A stretch of 64,000 nucleotides of DNA, taken from Anaeromyxobacter sp. (GTDB lineage Bacteria > Myxococcota > Myxococcia > Myxococcales > Anaeromyxobacteraceae). The notes below the pieces were generated by a model. The model was not told where the DNA came from. It saw nothing but the letters and a program-made list of their open reading frames with translations, and did not search any database. Shown piece after piece: positions 1-11,141 of this stretch; the first letter of the stretch is position 1, and every line of letters begins with the position of its first letter. The position numbers and the translations under genes are program-made. Location: assembly GCA_049840735.1 (NCBI GenBank), contig JASGJN010000023.1, positions 128,001-192,000 of the forward strand, read 5' to 3'.

Positions 1-2066
1 CTGAAGCCGCCGTCGTCGCGGCTGGAGAAGTTCCAGCCGGCGCGCAGCAGCAGGCTGGGCTGGAGCCGGGTGTTGGACCAGGCGGCCGGCAGGTACTCGC
101 CGCCCACCAGCACGCCCAGCACGAACTGGCCGCTCTCGGAGGAGAGGATCTGGTCGGCGCCCACGAACTGCAGCGCGGCGTGGAGCCGGACCGGCGCCAC
201 CAGCACGTCCTCCACCTGGAACCCCTTGCTGATGCCGACCTCGGGATCGCGCCCGTACATGGCCCAGAGCGTGAACCGCGGCGGCACGTAGGCCACCTCG
301 TCGGCCGCCATCTTGACCAGCGTGCTCACCACCAGCCCCTGGCCGACGGGCTGCGTGGCGGCCACGCCGTCGCCGATCTCCAGCAGCCGGGCGCGCAGCT
401 TGGCGGGCGCCTTGGGCGCCTCGGCGCGGGAGAGCCCCAGGTCCTTGAAGTGGAACTGGTGCGCGGTCAGCAGGCGCATGGCGTAGGCGGCGTCGTTCTC
501 GTCCTTCCGGCGGTGCCAGGCGTCGCCGGCGACCGGGCCGACGCCCGGGACCGCCAGCACCGGCTGCCCGGTGCGGGCCGCGTGGCAGCGCGGGTCGGCG
601 TCGTAGGCGGACCCCTCCGGCTGCAGCGAGCAGACGTCCCACAGGGCCTCGACCACGGTCTGGAAGACGATCCGGAAGTCCTGCAGGTCGTCCCCGGCGC
701 AGGCCTCGGGGGCGCCCGGCAGGCCCTCCATCACCGCCTGCAGGCAGCGGTACCGCCGCCAGGCCGGGTCGGAGGGGTCGGCGCCCGCCGCCTCCTCGGG
801 GAAGCGGGGCGTGGCGCCCGCCCTGGCCAGCCGCGCCCCGAGCCGCTGCTCCACCAGCTTCCGCCCGTCGTACATGCCCAGCGCGAAGTCGAAGCGCCGC
901 AGCTCGCCCTCCACGAAGCCGAAGAAGGCGCCCAGGGGGGCGCTGGCGGCGGGCAGGTGGCGCTCGGGGATGAGCAGCTTCTCGAAGACGCCCGGGGCGT
1001 CGTCGTGGACGTAGAGCAGGTTCTTGGCGCGGGCGGTGGAGAGGAACGAGCCGCCGACCTGCGCCGTCACCGAGAGCAGCGTCTCCAGCTCGGCGTCCGG
1101 CTTGCCGTCCTCCGTCGCCGGGAAGGTGCGGGCCTCGGTCGAGAGGTAGGCCAGCACCAGGGAGGCGGGCGGCTCGCGCGAGGAGAGATCGGGCCGGTCG
1201 AGCCAGCGCGCGTTCCCCTGGGCGTCCACGCGCAGACCGGCGGCGGCCAGGCGGGTGGCGAGGCGCACCGGGGTGTTGTCGAACACGCCGCCGTCGACGA
1301 AGAGCTCGGCCTTGGCCGCCGACTCCGGGCAGACCGCCTTCTCGCTGCCCTTCACCACGCAGTGGGCCACGGGCTGGGGAGGGAAGGCGCCGGGGAAGGC
1401 GGTGGAGGCGAAGAGCGCGTCCACCAGCCGGTCGAAGATCACCTCGCCGTCCTTCTCCGGCAGCAGCGCCTGCTCGCCCTCCCAGCTCCGGTCCACGTAG
1501 TTCGTGAGCCGGGGCGGCTTGCCCGGGCCGCGCCCCTGGATGCGCACCACGAAGTGCTCCTCCACGCGCGGCAGGCGGAGCCGCTCGCCCTCGGTGGTCA
1601 CGGTGCGCGGCTTGAGCCGGGTGACCGAGAGGCCGAAGACGTCGTCGCAGCCCTCGGGCAGCCCCGCCTCCCAGGCCTTGCGGATCAGCCCCAGGGGCGC
1701 GGCGAAGGCCTCGCGCGAGAAGGCGCTGGTCTTCTGCACGTTGGCCGGGTCGTAGAGCTTCTCCAGCCCCAGCGGGATCCAGGCGTTCCAGACCAGGCTC
1801 TGGGCCGGGTTGGGCACCGGGGCGCCGCAGTGCTGGAGGATGGTGATGAAGCCGTTGACCGAGCCGGCGGAGGCGCCGGTGACCACCCGTGGCTCGGCGG
1901 CGGTCGGGTTCAGGCGGATCCCCTCCACCGCGTAGTAGATGAGCCCGGCCTCGTAGCTGCCGAGGCTGACCCCGCCGGAGATGGTGATCGAGGCCGGCGG
2001 CCCGGCCGGCCGGGCGGTCCCGGCGGCCAGGAGCAGGGCTGCGGCGACGGCGGTCTGGGTGGTCAT
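1..2066 (-). CDS. Patatin-like phospholipase with signal peptide and beta-strand-rich C-terminal region (3' end runs off the window)
   Basis: Manual translation, absent from the ORF track because no stop lies in the window: ITISGGVSLGSYEAG (oxyanion loop), VVTGASAG (nucleophile Ser), LFVDGGVFDNTP (catalytic Asp). Alternative in-frame ATG at 2075. Confidence 0.85.
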   Translation of the reverse strand, partial: MTTQTAVAAALLLAAGTARPAGPPASITISGGVSLGSYEAGLIYYAVEGIRLNPTAAEPRVVTGASAGSVNGFITILQHCGAPVPNPAQSLVWNAWIPLGLEKLYDPANVQKTSAFSREAFAAPLGLIRKAWEAGLPEGCDDVFGLSVTRLKPRTVTTEGERLRLPRVEEHFVVRIQGRGPGKPPRLTNYVDRSWEGEQALLPEKDGEVIFDRLVDALFASTAFPGAFPPQPVAHCVVKGSEKAVCPESAAKAELFVDGGVFDNTPVRLATRLAAAGLRVDAQGNARWLDRPDLSSREPPASLVLAYLSTEARTFPATEDGKPDAELETLLSVTAQVGGSFLSTARAKNLLYVHDDAPGVFEKLLIPERHLPAASAPLGAFFGFVEGELRRFDFALGMYDGRKLVEQRLGARLARAGATPRFPEEAAGADPSDPAWRRYRCLQAVMEGLPGAPEACAGDDLQDFRIVFQTVVEALWDVCSLQPEGSAYDADPRCHAARTGQPVLAVPGVGPVAGDAWHRRKDENDAAYAMRLLTAHQFHFKDLGLSRAEAPKAPAKLRARLLEIGDGVAATQPVGQGLVVSTLVKMAADEVAYVPPRFTLWAMYGRDPEVGISKGFQVEDVLVAPVRLHAALQFVGADQILSSESGQFVLGVLVGGEYLPAAWSNTRLQPSLLLRAGWNFSSRDDGGF

Positions 2067-2191
2067 GCCCCGCATCGGAGCATGACGGCGCAGGGGTGGG
2101 AATCGGACGTTCGCCCCATCGGGCCCGGGGCTCTCCGGGCGCACCCCCGCGGGCGGCGGCCCATGGTCTACTCAGCGCGGGAGGAGAGCGC

Positions 2192-2914
2192 ATGGCGAGC
2201 CGAGCCGCGGTGGGGGTGAGCCCCAGGACCCTGTGCGTCGACATCGGCGGGTCCGGGATCAAGACCATGGTGGTCTCCCTGCAGGGGGATCCGCTCAGTG
2301 AGCGGTCGCGCATCCAGACCCCTCGGCCGGCCACGGCCCGGGCCGTGGTCTCGGCCCTGCGCTCCGTCGCCCCCGATCCGTCCGGCTTCGAGCGCGTCTC
2401 GGTCGGCTTCCCGGGCGTGGTCCGGGAGGGCGTGGTCTTCACCGCCCCCAACCTCGACCCGTCCTGGGCTGGCTTCGACCTGGCGGCGGCGCTGCGCAAG
2501 GCCACCGACCGCCCGGTCCGCGTGCTCAACGACGCCGGCGTGCAGGGGCACGGCGTCATCCACGGCCGCGGCGTGGAGATCTGCATCACGCTCGGTACGG
2601 GCTTCGGCTTCGCGCTCTTCGTGGAGGGGCGCTACGTCCCGAACATCGAGCTGGGCCACCACCCCTTCAGGAAGGGGAAGACCTACGAGGACCTGCTGGG
2701 CAACGCGGCGCTGGAGAAGCGCGGGCGCAAGCGCTGGCAGCGCACGCTGCTGAAGGCGGTGGACCAGCTCCAGCGCACCTTCAACTTCGACGCGCTCTTC
2801 GTGGGCGGCGGCAACGCCGCCAAGCTCACGGTGGAGCTCCCGGCCAACGTGAAGCGGGTCGAGAACGTCTCCGGCCTGCTGGGCGGCGTGAAGCTGTGGG
2901 AGCGGGACGGCTGA
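2192..2914 (+). CDS. ppgK: ROK family kinase, polyphosphate glucokinase-like
   Basis: DIGGSGIK, NDAGVQG, TLGTGFG and PNIELGH motifs; GGAGGAG RBS before the ATG. Confidence 0.8.
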   Translation: MASRAAVGVSPRTLCVDIGGSGIKTMVVSLQGDPLSERSRIQTPRPATARAVVSALRSVAPDPSGFERVSVGFPGVVREGVVFTAPNLDPSWAGFDLAAALRKATDRPVRVLNDAGVQGHGVIHGRGVEICITLGTGFGFALFVEGRYVPNIELGHHPFRKGKTYEDLLGNAALEKRGRKRWQRTLLKAVDQLQRTFNFDALFVGGGNAAKLTVELPANVKRVENVSGLLGGVKLWERDG

Positions 2915-2947
2915 CGGTCCGGGCCGGCGAAGCCGGCAGGGACGGCG

Positions 2948-3766
2948 CTACCTGCTCGCCCCCGCCACGTCCTCGGTCCCGCGGGTCACCCACCAGGCGG
3001 CGAGGATGGGGAGGGCCGTGATCAGCATGATGGTGAGCGCCACCACGTTGGTGATGGGCGTCTCGCGCGGCCGGCCCAGCTGGTTGAGCAGCCAGATGGG
3101 CAGGGTCCGCTCGTTCCCGGCGGTGAAGGTGGTGACGATGATCTCGTCGAAGGAGAGGCCGAAGGCCAGGATGCCGCCGGCCAGCAGGGCCGTGGCCAGC
3201 TGGGGGAGCACCACGCGCCGGAAGGTCTGGAAGGTGTCCGCCCCCAGGTCCATCGAGGCCTCCACCAGGCTGCCCGGCAGCCGGCGCAGCCGCGCCACCA
3301 CGTTGTTGTAGACCACCACCACGCAGAAGGTGGCGTGGCCGATGGCGATGGTCCAGAAGCCCGGGGTGATGTCCGCCAGCCGGAAGGCGGAGAGCAGCGC
3401 GATGCCGGTGATGATGCCCGGGAGCGCCAGCGGCAGCACGAACACCAGCGTGATGGCCTCGCGCCCCGGGAAGCGCCGGCGCGCCAGGGCCAGCCCCGCC
3501 AGCGCGCCCAGCACCAGCGCCGCCGCCGTGGCCAGGGCCGCGATCCGCCCGGAGAGCAGCACCGCCTGGACGACGTCGTCGCGCTCGGCGGCGCGCGCGA
3601 ACCAGCGCAGGGTGAAGCCGCGCGGCGGGAAGGAGGCGGCGCTCTCCTCGGTGTTGAAGGCGTAGAGCGCCACCACGGCGATGGGGAAGTGCAGGAAGGC
3701 CAGGCCACCCCAGGCCAGCAGCTTGAGCCAGGGCGGCGCGCGCGGCGCGGCGGGATCAGAGCGCAT
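2948..3766 (-). CDS. ydcV: Polyamine ABC transporter permease (PotC/YdcV-like)
   Basis: Multiple TM helices; EAA loop [14 protein letters not shown] and TLPIW motifs. Confidence 0.85.
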   Translation of the reverse strand: MRSDPAAPRAPPWLKLLAWGGLAFLHFPIAVVALYAFNTEESAASFPPRGFTLRWFARAAERDDVVQAVLLSGRIAALATAAALVLGALAGLALARRRFPGREAITLVFVLPLALPGIITGIALLSAFRLADITPGFWTIAIGHATFCVVVVYNNVVARLRRLPGSLVEASMDLGADTFQTFRRVVLPQLATALLAGGILAFGLSFDEIIVTTFTAGNERTLPIWLLNQLGRPRETPITNVVALTIMLITALPILAAWWVTRGTEDVAGASR

Positions 3767-4715
3767 CGAAGGCTCCCAGCCGCCGGGCCAGCGCCAGGTA
3801 GGCGCCCACCACCAGGATCGGCACCAGCGTGAAGGCCGCCGCCATGGGGACGTTGCCCACCGAGCCCTGCAGCGTGTTGACCAGCGTGCCCACGAACAGC
3901 CCCGGCGGCCCCACCAGCTGCGGGATGATGTAGTCGCCCAGCGTGAGCGAGAAGGTGAAGATCGAGCCCGCCACCAGGCCCGGGAAGGCCAGCGGCAGCA
4001 GCACCTTTCGGAAGGTCTGGTGGGGGCGGGCGCCCAGGTCGGCCGAGGCCTGCAGCAGGTTCTCCGGGACGCGCTCGATGGCCGCCTGCGTGGGCAGGAT
4101 CAGGTAGGGCAGCCAGACGTAGGTGAAGACCAGGAAGCGGCCCAGGTTGGAGGTGGCCAGCGAGGTCCCGCCCACCACCGGCAGCGTGAGCACCGCGTCC
4201 AGCGCGCCGTCCAGCCCCAGCTTCCCCAGCATCCAGTAGACGACGCCACCGCGGGAGAGGATCACCGTCCAGGCGTAGACCTTGACGATGTAGCTCGCCC
4301 ACATGGGCAGCATCACCGCCACGTAGAGGAAGCCCTTCAGCGCGCCGCGGGCGTAGCGGGCCATGTAGTAGGCCAGCGGGAAGCCGATCACCGCGCAGGC
4401 CACCGTGACCGCGCCGGCCATGCCCAGCGTGCGGAGCACCACGTCCAGGTTGGCGGCGTCGAGGAGCGCGCGGTAGTTCGCCCAGGTCAGGTCGGGCGTG
4501 ACCGCCATGGAGAAGTCGTCGAAGGTGTAGACGCCCTGCCAGACCAGCGCCAGCAGCGAGCCCAGGTAGACCACGCCGAACCAGAGCAGCGGCGGGGCCA
4601 GCAGGAGCAGGAGCTGCAGCGTGCCGCGCCGGTAGAGCACGCCGGAGAGGGCGCGCGCCAGCCGGCGGCGCGGCGCCGGGCTGGCCAGAGGGGCGGCGGC
4701 GGGGAGGGCCGACAT
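3756..4715 (-). CDS. ydcU: Polyamine ABC transporter permease (PotB/YdcU-like)
   Basis: TM helices; [12 protein letters not shown] loop; TLGDYIIP. Confidence 0.85.
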   Translation of the reverse strand: MSALPAAAPLASPAPRRRLARALSGVLYRRGTLQLLLLLAPPLLWFGVVYLGSLLALVWQGVYTFDDFSMAVTPDLTWANYRALLDAANLDVVLRTLGMAGAVTVACAVIGFPLAYYMARYARGALKGFLYVAVMLPMWASYIVKVYAWTVILSRGGVVYWMLGKLGLDGALDAVLTLPVVGGTSLATSNLGRFLVFTYVWLPYLILPTQAAIERVPENLLQASADLGARPHQTFRKVLLPLAFPGLVAGSIFTFSLTLGDYIIPQLVGPPGLFVGTLVNTLQGSVGNVPMAAAFTLVPILVVGAYLALARRLGAFDAL

Positions 4716-4726
4716 GGGCGCCGGGC

Positions 4727-5743
4727 TCAGGCGGCGGGCTCCAGCTCCACCATCGCGCCGCGCGCCCAGCAGAGCTGCACCGGGTCCCCGGCGCGAGGGG
4801 ACACCGCCTCGCCGCCCTCGCTGGCCAGGGCCACCGTGAGCCGCGCGCCCTCCACCTCCACCTCGTAGCGGCTCACCATGCCGTGGTACTGCACGTCCAC
4901 GAGCCGCCCCGCCAGCCCCACCTGATCGCCCTGCGGGGCGCCGAAGCGGATGTGCTCGGGCCGGATGGAGACCGGCCTGCCGCCGCCGCCCACCTGGCGG
5001 GCCAGCGCGCCGTGGAGCACGTTGGCGCCGCCCACGAACCCGGCCACGAAGGCCGTGCGCGGCCGCGTGTAGAGGACCCGGGGCGCGTCCACCTGCTCGA
5101 CGCGCCCCTGCGAGAAGACCGCGATCCGGTCGGACATCGAGAGCGCCTCGCCCTGGTCGTGCGTGACGTAGACGAAGGTGATGCCGACCCGGCGCTGCAG
5201 CGCCTTCAGCTCCACCTGCATCTGCTCGCGCAGCTTGAGGTCGAGCGCGCCCAGCGGCTCGTCCAGGAGCAGCACCCGCGGCCGGTTCACCAGCGCGCGC
5301 GCCAGCGCCACCCGCTGGCGCTGCCCGCCGGAGAGCTGCCCGGGGCGGCGCGCGCCCAGCCCGGCCAGCGCCACCAGCTCCAGCGCGGCCTCGGCCTCGC
5401 GGGCGCGGGTGCGTCGCTCCACGCCCTTCACCGCCAGGCCGTAGGCCACGTTCTCGAGCACCGTGAGGTGCGGGAAGAGCGCGTAGTCCTGGAAGACCGT
5501 GTTGACGTCCCGCTCGTAGGGCGGCAGCGCCGACGCGTCCTGTCCGTGCAGCAGGACGCGCCCGGCGCTGGGCAGCTCGAACCCGGCGATGAGCCGCAGG
5601 CAGGTGGTCTTGCCCGAGCCGGAGGGGCCGAGCAGCGAGAAGAACTCGCCGTCCTTTATGGCCAGCGAGACGCCGCCCAGCGCCGTGACGGCGCCGTAGC
5701 GGCGGCTCACCTCCTGCAGCTCGACCGCGAGGGCGAGGGTCAC
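4727..5743 (-). CDS. ydcT: Polyamine ABC transporter ATPase (PotA/YdcT-like)
   Basis: [28 protein letters not shown] and a TOBE-like tail; GTG start inferred. Confidence 0.88.
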   Translation of the reverse strand: MTLALAVELQEVSRRYGAVTALGGVSLAIKDGEFFSLLGPSGSGKTTCLRLIAGFELPSAGRVLLHGQDASALPPYERDVNTVFQDYALFPHLTVLENVAYGLAVKGVERRTRAREAEAALELVALAGLGARRPGQLSGGQRQRVALARALVNRPRVLLLDEPLGALDLKLREQMQVELKALQRRVGITFVYVTHDQGEALSMSDRIAVFSQGRVEQVDAPRVLYTRPRTAFVAGFVGGANVLHGALARQVGGGGRPVSIRPEHIRFGAPQGDQVGLAGRLVDVQYHGMVSRYEVEVEGARLTVALASEGGEAVSPRAGDPVQLCWARGAMVELEPAA

Positions 5744-5748
5744 GACGC

Positions 5749-6891
5749 CTACCGCCCGCCCATGACCGCGATGTAGTCCGAGACCCACTTGCTGTACGGG
5801 ACGCAGGTGCCCTGCGTCTTGCACTTCGCCGTGGGGGTCCGCCAGAAGTGGACCTGGTCGAAGCGGTCGAACCCGTTCACCGCGCAGACGTCGGTGCCGC
5901 CCGGCGCCTTCTCCTTGCAGGCGGCCGGCACCACCGGCACCGAGCCGAACCACTCGGCCAGGTCAGCCTGGAGCTTGGGCCGGAGCGACCACTCCAGCCA
6001 GCGGTAGGCGCAGCCGACGTGCTTCGCGTCGGCGTGGAGCATGGTGGTGTCGGCCCAGCCGGTGGAGCCCTCGGCCGGGATGGTGGAGGCGATGGGCTGC
6101 TTCTCCGCCTGGAGCGAGTTGACCATGAAGCCCCAGGAGCTGGACGCCACCACGCCGTCGCTCTTGAAGTCGTTCATCTGCACCGTGGCGTCGTGCCAGT
6201 ACTTGTGCGCCAGCGTCTTCTGCGTGCGCAGCACCGCCAGCGCGGCGGCGTACTGCTTGTCGTTCAGCTCGTAGGGATCCTGGATGCCCAGCTCCGGCCG
6301 CTTCTTCATGAGGTAGAGCGCGGCGTCGGCCACGTAGATGGGGCCGTCGTAGGCCTGGATGCGTCCCTTGTTCGGCTTGCCGTCGGGGAGGACCTGCGGC
6401 TCGAAGACCACCGCCCAGGAGGTGGGCGCGGCCTTGAAGACGCTGGTGTTGTACATGAGGACGTTCGGGCCCCACTGGTAGGGCACGCCGTAGTGCTGCC
6501 CGTCCACCACGTACCAGGCCGCCCCCTGCAGCCGCGGGTCCACCGTCTTGAAGGACGGGATCAGGGCCAGGTTGACGGGCTGCACCTTCTTGCCGGCCAC
6601 CAGCCGCAGGCTGGCGTCGCCCGAGGCGGTGACCAGGTCGTAGCCGCCCTTGTTCATGAGGGCGACCATCTCGTCGGAGGTGGCCGCGGTCTTCACGTTG
6701 ACCTTGCAGCCGGTTTCCTTCTCGAAGCCGGTGACCCAGTCGTACGCCTTGTCCGACTCGCCGCGCTCGAGGTAGCCGGGCCAGGCCACGATGTCGAGCT
6801 GCCCCTCCGGCTTCGGGAGGGCGGCGGGGGGAGCGGCGAGGGCCGGCGCGGCGCAGAGCAGCGCGGCGGCCAGGGCGAGGAAGCGGGGCAT
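5749..6891 (-). CDS. ydcS: Polyamine ABC transporter substrate-binding protein (YdcS-like)
   Basis: Signal peptide; IVAWPGY, YDWVTGFEKETGC, TASGDASLRL and WVSDYIAVMGGR are typical of YdcS. Confidence 0.88.
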   Translation of the reverse strand: MPRFLALAAALLCAAPALAAPPAALPKPEGQLDIVAWPGYLERGESDKAYDWVTGFEKETGCKVNVKTAATSDEMVALMNKGGYDLVTASGDASLRLVAGKKVQPVNLALIPSFKTVDPRLQGAAWYVVDGQHYGVPYQWGPNVLMYNTSVFKAAPTSWAVVFEPQVLPDGKPNKGRIQAYDGPIYVADAALYLMKKRPELGIQDPYELNDKQYAAALAVLRTQKTLAHKYWHDATVQMNDFKSDGVVASSSWGFMVNSLQAEKQPIASTIPAEGSTGWADTTMLHADAKHVGCAYRWLEWSLRPKLQADLAEWFGSVPVVPAACKEKAPGGTDVCAVNGFDRFDQVHFWRTPTAKCKTQGTCVPYSKWVSDYIAVMGGR

Positions 6892-6946
6892 GGCGGTCTC
6901 CTCTCGACGGCGCCGGGGCCAGCCCGGCGGGATCACGAAGGGTGAA

Positions 6947-8369
6947 TCAGAGCTTCACCATCACGTGGCGCACGGAGGTGTAATCCTCGAGCGCGTACAT
7001 CGACAGGTCCTTCCCGTAGCCTGAGCGCTTCATGCCGCCGTGCGGCATCTCCGAGACCAGCATGAAGTGGGTGTTGATCCAGGTGGCGCCGTACTGCAGC
7101 CGCGCCGCCACCTGCATGGCCCGGGTCACGTCGCGCGTCCAGACCGAGCTGGAGAGGCCGTAGTCCGAGGCGTTGGCCCAGCCCACCGCCTGCTCCACGT
7201 CGTCGAACCGGGTCACCGAGACCACCGGCCCGAACACCTCGCGCTGGACGATCTCGTCCTCCTGCCGCGCGCCGGCCAGCACGGTGGGCTCGAAGAAGAA
7301 GCCCTGGCCGGCCCGCGCCTTCCCGCCGGCGGTGACGCTGACGTGCGGGAGGGCGGCGGCGCGCTGCACGAAGCCGCTCACCCGGTCGCGGTGGGCGGCG
7401 GTGACGAGCGGGCCCATCTCCACCCCCGGCTCCTCCTGCGCCCCGACCTTCAGGCTGGAGGCGGCGCTGGAGAGGTCGGCCACCAGCTTCTCGTAGATGC
7501 GCGACCCGGCGTAGACGCGGCAGGCCGCGGTGCAGTCCTGCCCGGCGTTGTAGAAGGAGAAGGCGCGCAGCCCGGCCACCACCGCCTCCAGGTCGGCGTC
7601 GTCGAACACGATGACCGGGGCCTTGCCGCCCAGCTCGAGGTGGGTGCGCTTCAGGTCCCTGGCCGCCGACTCGAGGATCTCTGCCCGGTGGGGATGGAGC
7701 CGGTCAGCGAGACCATGGCGACGCCGGGGTGCGTGACCAGCGGGACGCCCACGCTGGGCCCGCGCCCGGTCACCACGTTCACGACGCCCGGGGGGAGATC
7801 CCGGCGATGAGCCCGGCCAGCGCCAGCGTGGTGAGCGGCGTCTGCTCCGAGGGCTTGAGCACCACCGTGTTGCCGGCCGCCACCGCGGGGGCCAGCTTCC
7901 AGGCCGCCATCATGAGCGGGTAGTTCCACGGCGCGATGGAGGCCACCACGCCCAGCGGGTCGCGGCGGATCAGGCTGGTGTAGCCCGGCAGGTACTCGCC
8001 GGCCACCGCGCCGGTCATGCAGCGCGAGGCGCCGGCGAAGAACCGGAAGACGTCGGCGACGGCGGGGATCTCGTCGGCCTGCGCGGCCGCCAGCGGCTTG
8101 CCGCAGTTGCGCGACTCGATCCCGGCCAGCCGGGCGCCGTCGCGCTCCACCGCGTCCGCCAGCTTGAGCAGCAGGGCGGCGCGGTCCTTCGGCACCGTTC
8201 GCGACCAGGCCGGGAAGGCCCTCGCCGCCGCCGCCACCGCGGCCTGCACCTGCTCCGGGGAGGCCTCCGGCACCTGGGCGATCACCTGGCCGGTGGCGGG
8301 ATCGAGGATGGACTCCGCCGGCCCCTGGCCGGCCACGCGCTGCCCGTCGATGAGGAGCTGGGTCTCCAC
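6947..8369 (-). CDS. patD: Gamma-aminobutyraldehyde dehydrogenase, split by two apparent 1-nt deletions near 7680 and 7796
   Basis: [41 protein letters not shown]; frames rejoin as GQKILE and GIFPPG; AGGAGG RBS. Confidence 0.85.
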
Positions 8370-8505
8370 TGAGGCCTCCTGCGCTGCGCGGCCGCCGGGC
8401 CGCAAAGGGGATGTGGCGAGATGATCTAAGCGGGCGATCGCCCCTTCGAAACGGCTCCAGGGTGGGGGCCCCGGTGCGGGTGGGACGCAGCGTGAAGCGG
8501 CTGGT

Positions 8506-8548
8506 GAAAGGCCCCGGGCCCCCCGCGACGGCGGGAGCCCCGGGGCCT
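8506..8548 (-). terminator. GC-rich hairpin plus TTT between the porin and patD (partial terminator or mRNA stabiliser)
   Basis: Minus strand reads ggccccggggctcccg...cggggggcccggggcc followed by tttcacc. Confidence 0.5.
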
Positions 8549-8563
8549 CCGGTGAGGCAGCGG

Positions 8564-9601
8564 CTAGAACCAGGCCATCACGGAGACGGTGGCCGTGGAC
8601 ATGCCGTCCTTCGGCTCCGACTTGCCGTCGTAGATGTCCTCGCTGGCGTGGTCGTAGCGGAGCTCGCCCTTGACCTCGGCGTTCTCGCCGATGGGGAAGC
8701 CGGCGCCCACGGTCAGGCCGTAGAGCGTGTCGGCGGTGGTGGACCGGACCATGTCATTGTCGCTCACGTACTCGGCGCGGCCGAAGACGTTCATCCACTC
8801 GGTGGCGGTGAACTTGGCCCAGACGCCCAGGCCCAGGATGGCGTCGGCGTCGGCCAGCTTCACGTAGTCGCCCTGCGCGGCCAGCGTGAGGTTGCCGAAG
8901 CCCTGGCTCAGCACCACGTCGGCCTGGAAGGCGTTCTCGCCGTCGGTCTCGGGGATCTTCGAGTAGAAGAGGTTCAGGTACGCGGCGGTGGCGTCCTTGG
9001 TGTAGGCCACCGAGCCGATCACGGTCTTGTAGGGCGTCTCGCTGTGCCCCACGTCGTTGGCCCAGAGGTCGGAGCCGTTGGCGATGCTCCCCGTCACGGT
9101 GAGGTTCTCGGAGAGGCTGTAGGCGGTCCGGACGCCCTCGTGCGCGGTGGGCACGGTGAAGTTGAAGAGCAGGCCGCGGGAGTAGAGGAAGTTGTCCTTG
9201 GCGTCGAAGACCTCGAACCCCGCCGGCGTGTAGAAGCGGCCGGCGTCGATGGTGAAGCCGTGGGTCTTGAACGTCACGTACCCCTGCTGCACGAGCACGT
9301 CACCGACGTACGCACCCTGCTTGCCGTAGCCCAGCTCGATCTTGGCGCCGACGTCGCCGGCGTCCACGGTGGCGGCCAGCTTGGCGTAGCCCAGGTTGAA
9401 GCCGGGAGCGGAGCTCCAGAAGCCGGCGCCAGCGGTGGGGCTGTCGTAGCTCTGCGGCTGGTCGAGGTTGAGCGTGTAGTAGCCGTCCACCATGCCGTTG
9501 AAGGTGACGGTGGGCGCCTTGACCTTGACCTCCTCGGCCGCCGCAGCGAGCGGCAGGGCCAGGACGGCGGCGGCGGTGAAGCACTTGCGGGTGAAGTTCA
9601 T
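8564..9601 (-). CDS. Outer-membrane beta-barrel porin, BBP2/DUF1597-like
   Basis: Signal peptide; GMVDGYY, DAGRFYTPAGFEV, NFLYSRGLLF, GELRYD; C-terminal Phe; alternating beta strands. Confidence 0.75.
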   Translation of the reverse strand: MNFTRKCFTAAAVLALPLAAAAEEVKVKAPTVTFNGMVDGYYTLNLDQPQSYDSPTAGAGFWSSAPGFNLGYAKLAATVDAGDVGAKIELGYGKQGAYVGDVLVQQGYVTFKTHGFTIDAGRFYTPAGFEVFDAKDNFLYSRGLLFNFTVPTAHEGVRTAYSLSENLTVTGSIANGSDLWANDVGHSETPYKTVIGSVAYTKDATAAYLNLFYSKIPETDGENAFQADVVLSQGFGNLTLAAQGDYVKLADADAILGLGVWAKFTATEWMNVFGRAEYVSDNDMVRSTTADTLYGLTVGAGFPIGENAEVKGELRYDHASEDIYDGKSEPKDGMSTATVSVMAWF

Positions 9602-9641
9602 CGGTGCTGTTCCTTTCGGGTTGGGTTGTGAGGCTCGGTGC

Positions 9642-10991
<1,350 letters not shown>

Positions 10992-11141
10992 GGCTGCTCC
11001 GGTGCGGCGAGGGTCGGGGTGCGCCCGGCCTGCTGCAGGTGGCCGTGCGGCGTCGAAGGGCGCCTCGGGGAGGCGCAGGCAGGGGGCGCCGGGGGCGCGG
11101 TCAGCGCCGCTCGGGCGGCGGCTGGGCGTGGTGATGGATGA

